A stretch of 64,000 nt of DNA. Origin: an uncultured cyanobacterium (GTDB lineage: Bacteria; Cyanobacteriota; Cyanobacteriia; Phormidesmidales; Phormidesmidaceae). The notes under the pieces were generated by a model. It ran no database searches, was not told where the DNA came from, and saw only the letters and a list, made by a program, of their open reading frames with translations. Below, piece after piece: positions 10,158-19,871 of the stretch. Each line of letters opens with the position of its first letter. Position 1 is the stretch's first letter. The stretch covers positions 288,001 to 352,000 of the forward strand of contig CAWBZI010000002.1 of assembly GCA_963793265.1 (NCBI GenBank). The letters are read 5' to 3'. The position numbers were made by a program, and so were the translations under genes.

Positions 10158-11462
10158 ATGTCTCTACTTAACGCTGGTTCTTCTCAGCCGACGGTTTCAG
10201 TTTCGCCGTATAAAAAACGTGCTCACCGCGTCTCTCAGATCGAGATTGTGGAGATGGCGTGGGAAGCTCTATGGAGTAACAAGCTTCGCAGCGGGCTGAC
10301 AATGCTAGGCGTAATCATAGGCATTGGATCTGTTATCTCGATCACCTCTATCGGACAAGGGATTCAAAAGTCTACAGAAGAGAGTATTCGCGGTTTGGGC
10401 ACAGACACCTTACAAGTGGTTGCAGGCTCTGCCCAAAGCGATGGCATTAGCCAGGGGCAAGGATCGGTAACAACCCTCACCTGGGAAGATGCACAGGCTA
10501 TAGAACAACAAGCTCCTTCAGCAACAGTGGTGTCCGCTTATCTTCAGCGCAGTGTTCAGGCCGTCTATGGCGAAAACAACACTTCAACCACTGTATATGG
10601 GACTGATTTAGCCTATCCTAACGCTCGTAATACCTATCCAGCTCAGGGACGGTTTTTCACAGAAGAAGAGCTTTCAAGCTCAGCGTCCGTTGCTGTAATT
10701 GCACCGACCGTTCAAGCCGATTTATTTCCGCTAAATGTCAACCCGATTGGTGAGAAAATTCGTATTCAGAGCGAAATTTACGACGTCATTGGTGTGATGG
10801 AAGCCAAAGGTTCTCAGGGCCCGCTAGATCGCGATGATGCGATCTACATTCCGCTCACCACAATGTCAGCTCGGATTATTGGCAACAACTCGTTAATGGG
10901 TGTATCTGTCAATGGCATTTATGTGAAAGGGAGAACTGAAAGCGAGCTAGAGACGGTGAAATTTCAACTGGAGAACATACTGCGATTGCGTCACGATATT
11001 GCAACGCCCGAAGACGACGATTTTAGTATTATCAATCAGGCAGATATTTTAGAAACGCTCACAACCGTTTTAGGATTGCTGACGACTTTGATTGTAGCGA
11101 TCGCAGGCATTTCTTTAGTAGTCGGTGGCATTGGTATCGCCAATATCATGCTGGTTTCAGTCGTTGAGCGTACGCGCGAAATCGGTATTCGCAAGGCATT
11201 GGGCGCAACAGAAAGAACAATCTTGAGTCAATTTTTAACAGAATCCATCGTCATTTCCATCGCAGGTGGGGTTATTGGAATTGTACTTGGCACGGCTGTT
11301 ACCTTTGTCTCGGCAACAGCCTTTAGGTTCCCGTTTGTGATTTCCAGTAGCGCTGTTTTTGCGAGCTTCGGGCTCTCTACCGCAGTCGGGCTGGTTGCAG
11401 GCGTCATACCCGCAAGAAACGCTTCTAAGCTCGATCCGATTGTGGCCTTAAGAAGTGAATAG
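10158..11462 (+). CDS. ABC transporter permease (MacB/FtsX family)
   Basis: NKLRSGLTMLGVIIGI; GGIGIANIMLVSVVERTREIGIRKALGA; LDPIVALRSE. Confidence 0.95.
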   Translation: MSLLNAGSSQPTVSVSPYKKRAHRVSQIEIVEMAWEALWSNKLRSGLTMLGVIIGIGSVISITSIGQGIQKSTEESIRGLGTDTLQVVAGSAQSDGISQGQGSVTTLTWEDAQAIEQQAPSATVVSAYLQRSVQAVYGENNTSTTVYGTDLAYPNARNTYPAQGRFFTEEELSSSASVAVIAPTVQADLFPLNVNPIGEKIRIQSEIYDVIGVMEAKGSQGPLDRDDAIYIPLTTMSARIIGNNSLMGVSVNGIYVKGRTESELETVKFQLENILRLRHDIATPEDDDFSIINQADILETLTTVLGLLTTLIVAIAGISLVVGGIGIANIMLVSVVERTREIGIRKALGATERTILSQFLTESIVISIAGGVIGIVLGTAVTFVSATAFRFPFVISSSAVFASFGLSTAVGLVAGVIPARNASKLDPIVALRSE

Positions 11463-12153
11463 ATCTACAGTCAATTCATTCCAGAAAATTATGATCGAAA
11501 TGACAGGCATCACTAAGGTCTATCAGCTAGGCGACGTCGATGTGCCTATTTTGAAAGGCATTGATTTAACGATTAGTGCTAGTGAGTATGTTTCAGTGAT
11601 GGGTGCATCAGGGTCAGGCAAGTCTACCTTGATGAACATCATCGGCTGTCTGGATCAACCGACAGAAGGACACTATTCCCTGGAAGGGCGTGATTTGACG
11701 ACGCTAGATAAAGATGAACTCGCCTTCATTCGCAATCAAAAGATTGGCTTCATCTTCCAGCAGTTTAATCTGCTGCCACGATCGACAGCGGTGGAAAATG
11801 TCATGCTGCCGATGGTTTATGCCGGGATACCCAAAGATGAAAGACGCGATCGCGCTGAAATAGCCTTGCAGAAAGTTGGGTTGGGCGATCGCATCAACAA
11901 TCGACCCAGTCAGCTATCGGGTGGTCAGCAACAGCGGGTCGCGATCGCCCGTGCCCTGGTCAACGAACCCGCTCTCTTACTGGCAGATGAACCGACTGGC
12001 GCGCTAGATAGCCAAACCTCTCAAGAAGTGATGAGTCTATTTAATCAACTCAACAGCCAAGAAATTACAATTGTCATCATTACCCATGAGATTGAAGTAG
12101 CTGAGCAAGCCAAGCGACAAATTCGGATTCAAGACGGCTTGGTTGTAAGCTAA
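11455..12153 (+). CDS. ABC transporter ATP-binding protein (MacB/LolD type)
   Basis: Walker A GASGSGKST, signature LSGGQQQR, Walker B LLLADEPTG. The true start may be ATG 11491. Confidence 0.95.
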   Translation: MNRSTVNSFQKIMIEMTGITKVYQLGDVDVPILKGIDLTISASEYVSVMGASGSGKSTLMNIIGCLDQPTEGHYSLEGRDLTTLDKDELAFIRNQKIGFIFQQFNLLPRSTAVENVMLPMVYAGIPKDERRDRAEIALQKVGLGDRINNRPSQLSGGQQQRVAIARALVNEPALLLADEPTGALDSQTSQEVMSLFNQLNSQEITIVIITHEIEVAEQAKRQIRIQDGLVVS

Positions 12154-12249
12154 AGCTATAGGCGTTAGGTCACGCTGTATCATGAAATAGCGGCGCTGTT
12201 ACGGCAGGGCCAACTTCCTATCGCTATCACTTAATGCACGTATCGTTAC

Positions 12250-12840
12250 ATGGCTAGGCCCAGCAAAATCACCAATGAACAAATTTTGAAAGCGGCTCAG
12301 GCAGTTTTTTTAGAAAAAGGATTTGGCGCGTCAACTCAAGAAATTGCTACCAAAGCAGGTATCTCTGAAGGGTCTATCTTTAAGCGATTTCCCACAAAGG
12401 AAGCGTTATTTATTGCAGCAATGGGCATGTCAAAAGTCTCTTCTGTGACTTCATTGATAGAGACAGTGCCTGGGCAAGGTGATTTACAAGAGAACCTCAA
12501 TGAAATTGGGCTTAAAATGATTGATTTCATCCAACAGCTATTGCCCAAAATGATGATGGTGAGATCAAAAGGGCTACCGCTACCACCAATGCTCACCGAA
12601 TCTGGCACAGCGCCTCCTGTGCTTGTCATCCAAGCGTTGACAGCTTTATTTGAAAAAGAGATCGCTTTAGGGCGGATGCGTTGCCCCCATCCTCAAATTG
12701 TTGCCATGATGTTTTTAGGCAGCATGACAGAGTATGTTTTTCTCTCGCAGGCGTCTGCGCCGTTGCCCGACCCTAAAGCCTATGTGGGCTCTGTCGTAGA
12801 CGTTCTTTGGAAAAGCATTCAACCTGATGACGTGAACTAG
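12250..12840 (+). CDS. TetR/AcrR family regulator, paralog of 6494-7078
   Basis: HTH QILKAAQAVFLEKGFGASTQEIATKAGISEGSIFKRFPTKEALF. Confidence 0.93.
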   Translation: MARPSKITNEQILKAAQAVFLEKGFGASTQEIATKAGISEGSIFKRFPTKEALFIAAMGMSKVSSVTSLIETVPGQGDLQENLNEIGLKMIDFIQQLLPKMMMVRSKGLPLPPMLTESGTAPPVLVIQALTALFEKEIALGRMRCPHPQIVAMMFLGSMTEYVFLSQASAPLPDPKAYVGSVVDVLWKSIQPDDVN

Positions 12841-13209
12841 CCTGGCGCTGTTTGGCAAAAGTCATTGTCTGAGCCCAAACAGACGGCCTTGGCGTATCTT
12901 TATCTGTATACATACCATCTACAGAGAACGCAACAGAAAGTCTGTGTCTGCGATCGCACTGCTTGGCTAGTTGGATAAAAGCACTCCTAGACCCCATCAT
13001 TCGTAGTCGACCTTTGTTTGGCATTACATACGCATTCAATTCGAGCTGACTGAGGCACTGCGTCGGGCGGATAGGCTACGCACATTAGGCGGCTCATTTC
13101 GCCCTCTGTTATATGAGCTAACCTACCGATTGAATTATCTTCAATGCTGGCAATTAATTGCACAATCATTCGACTAGCGAGCAAGCTCTGCTTTTCTAAG
13201 AGATTTACC

Positions 13210-13296
13210 TTTCTGAGAATATTTTCTCAGAAATAAAAGGGGTTGCACTTTTTTAATTTGTACGCTCTAATAAGATTAAGTCAATCGACTGATTAA
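13210..13296 (+). promoter_or_regulatory. RND operon promoter/operator region
   Basis: Inverted repeat TTTCTGAGAA-tatt-TTCTCAGAAA (13210-13233); TTGCAC (13243) and TCTAAT boxes; near-palindrome AAGTCAATCGACTGATT (13278-13294). Confidence 0.55.
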
Positions 13297-13338
13297 CTTT
13301 ATTCTATTCTTACAGATTCTGGCAAGCAGGTAATCACT

Positions 13339-14817
13339 ATGAACTCTGAACCTCTCCAATCTCCAAGCGCTTTTCCAGCCAATTCCGCAGGTGCTGGTTC
13401 AGCTTCTAGTCCTAAGCAGTGGCCTAAGTCTCTGAGGCGTCAGCCACGCTGGGTTAGATACGCTTTGCTAGGTTCTGTTGGGCTTTTGGTTGCCGTCGGT
13501 GGCGTGGCTGGCTACCGGGCACTCGTGAGTACACCGCCCGAAACATCTGCTGAACGAAGTGCGGCGTTGCCTGTCGAAACAACGGCAGTAGAGAGGGTTT
13601 CGTCATATCAAGTGCCGCGAACTTATACCGGAGAAATCGTGGCGCTTCGTAGCAGCGAGCTGGGCTTTGAGCGGGGCGGCGAGCTTGTTCAAGTTATGGC
13701 AGACGAGGGCCAGCGAGTGGCCGCGGGCCAGACGTTAGCAAGATTAGATATTCGGAACTTAGAGACGCAGCGACTTCAGGTTGAGGCGCAAAAGGCGCAG
13801 GCGATCGCCCGACTTACCGAGCTGCAAAATGGTGCTAGAGCAGAAGATATTGCAGCCGCTGAAGCTGCGGTAAGAGATTTAGAGCAGCAGCTCACCTTAC
13901 AAAGAACGCAGGAGCAGCGCCGAGAGTACCTTTATGAGAGAGGTGCGATCGCCAGAGAGCAGTTAGATGAATTTGCCTTCGGTGCTAATTCACTACAAGC
14001 TAAGCTAGATCAGGCTCAGAGCCACCTAGAAGAGCTGCGTAACGGCACTCGCTTTGAGCAGACTGACGCGCAAGAAGCCGTGGTGAATCAGCTTGACGCA
14101 CAACTCAGAGATATTGACGTTAATATCTCAAAAAGCACGATCTCTGCGCCTTTTGATGGTATTGTCGCTGAGCGAAGATCTGACGAAGGCACCGTAATAG
14201 GCACAGGACAAGCTGTTATTGAGCTAGTAGAAGCTGCAACGCCGGAAGTTCGAATTGGCATTCCAGCGAGTGTTGTAAACCAAATACAAATTGGCGCATC
14301 GGAAACTATCCGTATTAACAATCAGCCGTATTCTGCTGAAGTCACCGCAATTCTACCTGAGGTTGATCAAAGTACAAGAACTCAAACGGTTGTGCTGGCG
14401 CTAGATACGGCTGCAATCGGAGAAGTAGAGCCGGGGCAGACAGCGAGGCTAACGATATCAGAGACAATTCAATCTGATGGCTTTTGGCTACCAAGAGGGG
14501 CATTGACTCAAGGCATTCGGGGGCTATGGACTTGCTATGTTGTGGTGCCTGCTGCTGAATATAAAGGTTTGGAAGCTCAAGAAGCTTTTGTTGAAAAGGC
14601 TAAGGCGAACAGCAGTCAGACAGCAGAACAGGAGAATTCTCTGGTCGTAGAACAGCGATCGGTAGAGATTATTCAGCAAGAAACAACAGGCGATGGGGCT
14701 AATACCAGTACTCGCGTTTTAGTGAGAGGTACTCTACAGCCTGGAGATCAGGTCGTGACCAGCGGTGTTCATCGTTTAGTCCCAAAGCAAAAAGTCACAG
14801 CGGTTTCATCTCGATGA
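13339..14817 (+). CDS. RND efflux periplasmic adaptor subunit
   Basis: N-terminal TM; ELGFERGGEL...DEGQRVAAGQTLARLD; coiled coil; ISAPFDGIV; directly upstream of the RND permease. Confidence 0.92.
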   Translation: MNSEPLQSPSAFPANSAGAGSASSPKQWPKSLRRQPRWVRYALLGSVGLLVAVGGVAGYRALVSTPPETSAERSAALPVETTAVERVSSYQVPRTYTGEIVALRSSELGFERGGELVQVMADEGQRVAAGQTLARLDIRNLETQRLQVEAQKAQAIARLTELQNGARAEDIAAAEAAVRDLEQQLTLQRTQEQRREYLYERGAIAREQLDEFAFGANSLQAKLDQAQSHLEELRNGTRFEQTDAQEAVVNQLDAQLRDIDVNISKSTISAPFDGIVAERRSDEGTVIGTGQAVIELVEAATPEVRIGIPASVVNQIQIGASETIRINNQPYSAEVTAILPEVDQSTRTQTVVLALDTAAIGEVEPGQTARLTISETIQSDGFWLPRGALTQGIRGLWTCYVVVPAAEYKGLEAQEAFVEKAKANSSQTAEQENSLVVEQRSVEIIQQETTGDGANTSTRVLVRGTLQPGDQVVTSGVHRLVPKQKVTAVSSR

Positions 14818-14884
14818 AGCTGCCAACGTTCAACGACTCTTTACTTGTTTAAATCAACCACAATACGCTCAACTTAGAACTCCC

Positions 14885-17800
14885 ATGGTTCGTCCTTTTT
14901 TCCGCAATATCCGGCTTCTCCTTTTAACGATTGTTATTGTCTTAGTTTGGGGGATTTCCGCTATGCAATCCCTACCAAGGCAAGAAGATCCGACCCAAGT
15001 TTCCCGAGTCGCTGTTATAAACACGCTGTTCCCAGGTGCTAGTGCTGAGCGAGTAGAAGCACTGGTCACCGAAGTTGTCGAATCTGAAGTCTCTGCGATT
15101 GAAGAAGTAAAAACAATTAGCTCAACCTCACGAGTCGGCTTTTCAACCGTCGTCGTTGAGCTAGAAGATTCGGTTGAAAATGCAGAGCCTATCTGGTCTC
15201 GGGTACGAGATAAGATGGAAGATGCCAATATTCTTTTCCCACCTGGCGCTTTTAAGCCTGAGCTTGAAGCCACGGAGACTCGGGCATACGCAATGATTGC
15301 AGCTATTACCTGGGATCAAAGTAGCGCGCCCAACTACGCTATACTTAGGCGCTTTGGAGAAGAGTTTGAAATTCAGATGCGGGGCGTTGCAGGCACCGAA
15401 GAGATCGAAGAGTTTGGTATTCCAGATGAAGAAATCAATGTAGAAATCAATGCGTCTGACTTAGCCGCTGTTGGGCTCAGTGCTCAGCAGCTAGCCCAGC
15501 AAGTGAGTCAGAGTGACGCGAAAGTAACCGCCGGACAGCTGCGCAATCCCAACGAAAACTTATCGATTGAAGTAGATAGTGAGCTAAGTTCCCTAGAACA
15601 AATCCGACAGATTCCGATTCGCTCAGCGAACGGCCAGTTTACTCGACTAGGCGATGTTGCTAAAGTTGACCGCGGCGTCAGAGAGCCTCCTACCGATATC
15701 TCATTCGTCAACGGCAAACCAGCAGTTGCCTATGGCATTTTGATGAGTTCTGGACAACGAATTGACCAGTGGGCGGAAAGCGCTTTTCAGCAGATGGAAG
15801 CCTTTCGCACTCAGCTACCGGGTGGGCTCTCTCTAACCGTTCTGCTCGATCAGAGTCAATATGTGGATGCTCGGCTAGGGACACTGGTATCTAACCTAGT
15901 GTTCGGTGCGGCTTTAGTTGTGATTGTCACGTTTATTACGATGGGCTGGCGCTGTTCGTTGATTGTGGGCGCGGCGCTGCCGTTGAGTATTTGCGCTGTG
16001 CTCGGCCTAATGAGCGTGCTGGGCATTCCGATTCATCAAATATCGGTGGCTGGACTGATTATTGCACTGGGTCTATTAATCGATAACGCAGTGGTTGCCG
16101 TTGATGAGATTCAGGTAGAGCTAAAGCATGGTGTTGCGCCTGAAAATGCGGTCGTTGATACGGTGAAGTACCTTCAGGGGCCGTTGTTTGCCTCTACGAT
16201 CACGACCATGATGACATTTCTACCGATTGCGCTGTTGCCAGGGGGTGCAGGAGAGTTTGTTGGTTCTATCGCGATGACTGTGATTCTTTCGATTGGCTCA
16301 TCGCTTGTCCTTTCGCTCACGGTTATTGCAGCGATCACCGGTAAAATTTTGGGCGAGAGTGAAGCTGATATTGAGAAATTACAGAATCAGGATTCTCTCA
16401 GTATTTTTCAACGACTGTTTCGCATTCTGATGAAGCCGGGTGCCTGGTGGAACGACGGGTGGAGCCCCAAGCGACTGGGCAACTTCTATCGGTGGACGGT
16501 AAAGCGAGCAATGGCGAAACCTGTCTTTGCCATTGTATTGACAATGGTAATACCGGCTGTTGGTTTTATTCAAGCGGGCAGCTTGGACACTCAGTTTTTC
16601 CCCTCGTTAGATCGCGATCAGTTTCAGATAGAGGTTGAGTTTTCTCAGGAAAACGCGATCGCTAACTCTCAAGAGCAGGTAATGCGCGCCCGAGATTTGC
16701 TTTTGGAGTATGAACAGATAACCGAAGTTCACTGGTTTGTAGGTGAAAGCGCGCCTAAGTTCTACTACAACATTGGTGCGACCCGAGAAAATTCGCCTTA
16801 CTACGCGCAGGCGCTAGTGCAGCTTAACTCTTCAGAAGCGGTGACGCCCCTCATTCAAGAGATTCAGTCAGACCTAGATGTCGCACTTCCTGAAGCGCGA
16901 GTGCTGGTACGACAGCTAGAGCAAGGGCCGCCTTTTGATGCGCCGGTAGAGCTAAGGATATATGGGCCCAATATCGAAGAGCTAAGAGCGCTAGGCGCAA
17001 GAGCCAGAGAGATTCTGACGACAGTCCCTGATGTGGTACATGTCCGAGATGATTTGACCGCGACTGTTCCTAAATTAGTGCTGGAGATCGATGAAGAGCA
17101 GGCGCAGCAAGCAGGCGTTTCTAATCAAGAAGTTGCGCAGCAGCTACAGGCAACGCTAGAAGGTACCGTTGGAGGTTCTATTCTGGAATCGACTGAGAAC
17201 TTGCCTGTGCGCGTGCAAATTTCAGATGGTGATCGCGGCGATCTCTCTCAAATCGAGGCACTAAACCTACAGCCTGGACAAAACGGACAAGGACAAAATG
17301 CACAAGGGCAAGGCGACAGCTTTAGAACAGTGTCTGCACTCGGAGCGTTTAAGATAGTGCCACAGCTTTCGCAAATTGCACATCGCAATGAACAGCGTGT
17401 AAACACGGTACAAGGCTTTATCACAGCAGGTACACTGCCTTCTAAAGTGCTGGCCGATTTTCAGGCGGCGATGGAAGAACAGGGCTTTGAGCTACCTCCG
17501 GGCTACTACACAGAGATTGGAGGTGAGCAGGCCGAAAGCAGCGATGCAACAGGCGACTTATTAGGATCGGTTGGCCTACTGCTAGTTGCAATGGCCGCTG
17601 CCCTTGTGCTCTCGCTTCAGAGCTTTCGCTCGGCGGGTATTGTTGCAGCCGTTGGCGTTGGTTCTGTGGGTATGGCGTTATTCTCACTGTGGGCTTTTGG
17701 TTCGTTGCTAGGTTTTATGGCCATTGTGGGTGCGATGGGCCTAATCGGCATTGCTATTAACGGCAGCATTATTGTGCTCTCAGCTATCAATGAAGACAAG

Positions 17801-18109
17801 CCAGCTAGAGCAGGCGATCGCAAAGCCATACAAGAGGTGGTGATGCGCGCGACCCGTCACGTAGTGACGACAACGGTAACGACCATGGTTGGGTTTGCAC
17901 CGCTGCTGCTTTCGGGCGATCCCTTTTGGAACCCGCTCGCAGTTGCGATCGCAGGCGGCATTGGTGGCTCTCCTTTCCTGGCACTATATTTCACACCCGC
18001 AGCGTATTTGATGATGCATAGACGAGATCGTCGAGATGCTCACAATAACAATCACGACCAGACGACACGCCAGTCCAAACAATCCACACAAGCGCTACCT
18101 TCGACGTAG
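14885..18109 (+). CDS. RND efflux permease (AcrB/AcrD/AcrF family)
   Basis: 1074 aa; LPRQEDP, FPGASAERVEALVT, GLLIDNAVV, FFPSLDRDQF, two TM bundles. Confidence 0.95.
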   Translation: MVRPFFRNIRLLLLTIVIVLVWGISAMQSLPRQEDPTQVSRVAVINTLFPGASAERVEALVTEVVESEVSAIEEVKTISSTSRVGFSTVVVELEDSVENAEPIWSRVRDKMEDANILFPPGAFKPELEATETRAYAMIAAITWDQSSAPNYAILRRFGEEFEIQMRGVAGTEEIEEFGIPDEEINVEINASDLAAVGLSAQQLAQQVSQSDAKVTAGQLRNPNENLSIEVDSELSSLEQIRQIPIRSANGQFTRLGDVAKVDRGVREPPTDISFVNGKPAVAYGILMSSGQRIDQWAESAFQQMEAFRTQLPGGLSLTVLLDQSQYVDARLGTLVSNLVFGAALVVIVTFITMGWRCSLIVGAALPLSICAVLGLMSVLGIPIHQISVAGLIIALGLLIDNAVVAVDEIQVELKHGVAPENAVVDTVKYLQGPLFASTITTMMTFLPIALLPGGAGEFVGSIAMTVILSIGSSLVLSLTVIAAITGKILGESEADIEKLQNQDSLSIFQRLFRILMKPGAWWNDGWSPKRLGNFYRWTVKRAMAKPVFAIVLTMVIPAVGFIQAGSLDTQFFPSLDRDQFQIEVEFSQENAIANSQEQVMRARDLLLEYEQITEVHWFVGESAPKFYYNIGATRENSPYYAQALVQLNSSEAVTPLIQEIQSDLDVALPEARVLVRQLEQGPPFDAPVELRIYGPNIEELRALGARAREILTTVPDVVHVRDDLTATVPKLVLEIDEEQAQQAGVSNQEVAQQLQATLEGTVGGSILESTENLPVRVQISDGDRGDLSQIEALNLQPGQNGQGQNAQGQGDSFRTVSALGAFKIVPQLSQIAHRNEQRVNTVQGFITAGTLPSKVLADFQAAMEEQGFELPPGYYTEIGGEQAESSDATGDLLGSVGLLLVAMAAALVLSLQSFRSAGIVAAVGVGSVGMALFSLWAFGSLLGFMAIVGAMGLIGIAINGSIIVLSAINEDKPARAGDRKAIQEVVMRATRHVVTTTVTTMVGFAPLLLSGDPFWNPLAVAIAGGIGGSPFLALYFTPAAYLMMHRRDRRDAHNNNHDQTTRQSKQSTQALPST

Positions 18110-18117
18110 CTATAGCA

Positions 18118-18441
18118 ATGATAAAGTTTCCCGTCTTACAGTATCTCAATCAACTATTTTTCGATAACGGTAGAGCACTGGTTCTCAGCCCGAAAGCGTA
18201 CTGGAAAATTCACTGCGTTTTACAGTGCGAGCGCTGCTATCAGAGCCAGCCGCTAGAACGCTCTTGGCGGTTAGATTACAGTGATTTTATAATAAGAAAC
18301 TGGGCGATAGCAGACCGGCATCTCTTAGAAGAAGAAAGTGGCGACTTTCTAGAGCACTGCTGGCGGCTGAATTTTAAAGAACACAGCCTTCACGGCCATT
18401 TTGAAGAACCGCCATCAGACTCTTTTGAGAATGATGTTTGA
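18118..18441 (+). CDS. Small hypothetical protein
   Basis: Starts 8 bp after the RND stop; repeated motif CERCY/LERSWRL/LEHCWRL. Confidence 0.55.
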   Translation: MIKFPVLQYLNQLFFDNGRALVLSPKAYWKIHCVLQCERCYQSQPLERSWRLDYSDFIIRNWAIADRHLLEEESGDFLEHCWRLNFKEHSLHGHFEEPPSDSFENDV

Positions 18442-18489
18442 TAGCGCTATAGCAACAGAATTTAAGGCTATCTAATCTTAACCAGCAGC

Positions 18490-19107
18490 ATGAACAGATC
18501 AATTTTTTACATTCCAGACTCAAGTAAACCCGCGGAAGTGACTGCCTCTTTGTCAGCGGCCTTACAGGTCTTTGAGGCATACGGATATTCAATGGCCAGC
18601 ATGGCTCGCATCGCTGAGGTCTCAAATATCAGTGAGCGTAAGCTGTATAGCTATTTCGATAGTAAGCAGGCGTTGTTCGAGGTGCTCGTCAAGCATTTGA
18701 TAGAGAGCACCTACCAAACACTTTTTAGCATCATTAGGGAATACGACTTTAATCTTCCGCCAAAACAAGTGCTAGCGCAGGTCGCTACTGTAACGCTTGA
18801 AAGCGTCTCTAGAGACCAGTCATTTTTAACGTTAATACGGCTGATTGTAGAAGAATCTAGCCGATTTCCTGAGCTAGCTAAGATATTCGTCTTGGAAATA
18901 GAGAAACCACTGCTTGAACAGCTCTCCTCTTATCTACGATTCCATCCAAACGTTCAGGTCAAAGATCCGATGGCTTCAGCACGAATTTTCGTGGGTGCAC
19001 TAGCGCACTATCTGCTTATACAAGAAATGTTCAACGGGAAAGCAGATCTGCCCTTTGACTCAGAAAGAATGATTGCTGTTCTCGTTTCTCAGATTATAGG
19101 TGCCTAA
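18490..19107 (+). CDS. TetR/AcrR family regulator
   Basis: AALQVFEAYGYSMASMARIAEVSNISERKLYSYFDSKQALF; C-terminal ESSRFPELA. Confidence 0.88.
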   Translation: MNRSIFYIPDSSKPAEVTASLSAALQVFEAYGYSMASMARIAEVSNISERKLYSYFDSKQALFEVLVKHLIESTYQTLFSIIREYDFNLPPKQVLAQVATVTLESVSRDQSFLTLIRLIVEESSRFPELAKIFVLEIEKPLLEQLSSYLRFHPNVQVKDPMASARIFVGALAHYLLIQEMFNGKADLPFDSERMIAVLVSQIIGA

Positions 19108-19201
19108 GCTGATAGTGCATACATAGTGCATAAGTGACTAATCGCTTAGGCATCATCAAATTTTTGTTGAAAACTTTCAATCATTATCGCAGGAGTACGC
19201 T

Positions 19202-19564
19202 ATGTTTGTTTTAAGTGGGTATGAGTATTTTTTAGGCTTTTTATTGCTTAGCAGCTTAGTCCCTGTTGTGGCCTTGGTCGCGGCCAAACTGTTGCGCCCA
19301 CCCACTGCTGGGCCAGCTAGCCGAACAACCTACGAATCAGGCTGTGAACCTATCGGTGGCGCATGGATTCAGTTCAATGTTCGATACTACATGTACGGTT
19401 TAGTTTTTCTGATATTTGATATAGAGACAGTCTTTTTGTATCCTTGGGCGGTTGCCTTCCACTCTCTAGGTCTTTTCGCTTTTTTAGAAGCCTTAATATT
19501 TATTGGAATTCTAGTGGTTGGCCTAGTCTATGCTTGGCGTAAAGGTGCCTTGGAATGGTCATAG
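19202..19564 (+). CDS. ndhC: NAD(P)H-quinone oxidoreductase subunit 3 (NdhC), not followed by ndhK/ndhJ
   Basis: [13 protein letters not shown]...[24 protein letters not shown]...[13 protein letters not shown]...RKGALEWS, 120 aa. Confidence 0.95.
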   Translation: MFVLSGYEYFLGFLLLSSLVPVVALVAAKLLRPPTAGPASRTTYESGCEPIGGAWIQFNVRYYMYGLVFLIFDIETVFLYPWAVAFHSLGLFAFLEALIFIGILVVGLVYAWRKGALEWS

Positions 19565-19680
19565 TGTTGAAGAGGTCATCTTACATATGCCACATAGAAG
19601 ATTGCTATGCTTTTAGCTCAACACAATGCATTGTCACTCTGCCAGCCGCTCGAACGTATTTTTATCAACAATTAAACCTG

Positions 19681-19737
19681 TTGACAACAGCTAGTCTTTC
19701 ATCTATCTTTTAATAAATCACTCGACTGACTTGTTAA
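19681..19737 (+). promoter_or_regulatory. Promoter with operator-like site upstream of the Grx-AhpD genes
   Basis: TTGACA (19681), 17 bp, TATCTT (19704); AATCACTCGACTGACTT (19716-19732), whose reverse complement matches 13278-13294 at 15/17. Confidence 0.6.
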
Positions 19738-19871
19738 AAGCACAATAGAATCATCCGCTAAGCGCTTGCGCAGATGATGAAAAGCCTTATCCCGCCAGTT
19801 ATTTAGACTTCTCGACCCGTATCAAAAAATGTTGCTTTCCTATCTCTTTAAGGATTAAGGAGGATTAAGAC

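Noticed and set aside
12773..13184. Two short minus-strand ORFs between the TetR and the RND promoter
   Set aside because: No recognisable family or RBS; cannot be supported as genes or as IS remnants.
8075..14059. Duplicated segment considered as a DGR template/variable repeat pair
   Set aside because: No reverse transcriptase in the window and the mismatches are not adenine-specific.
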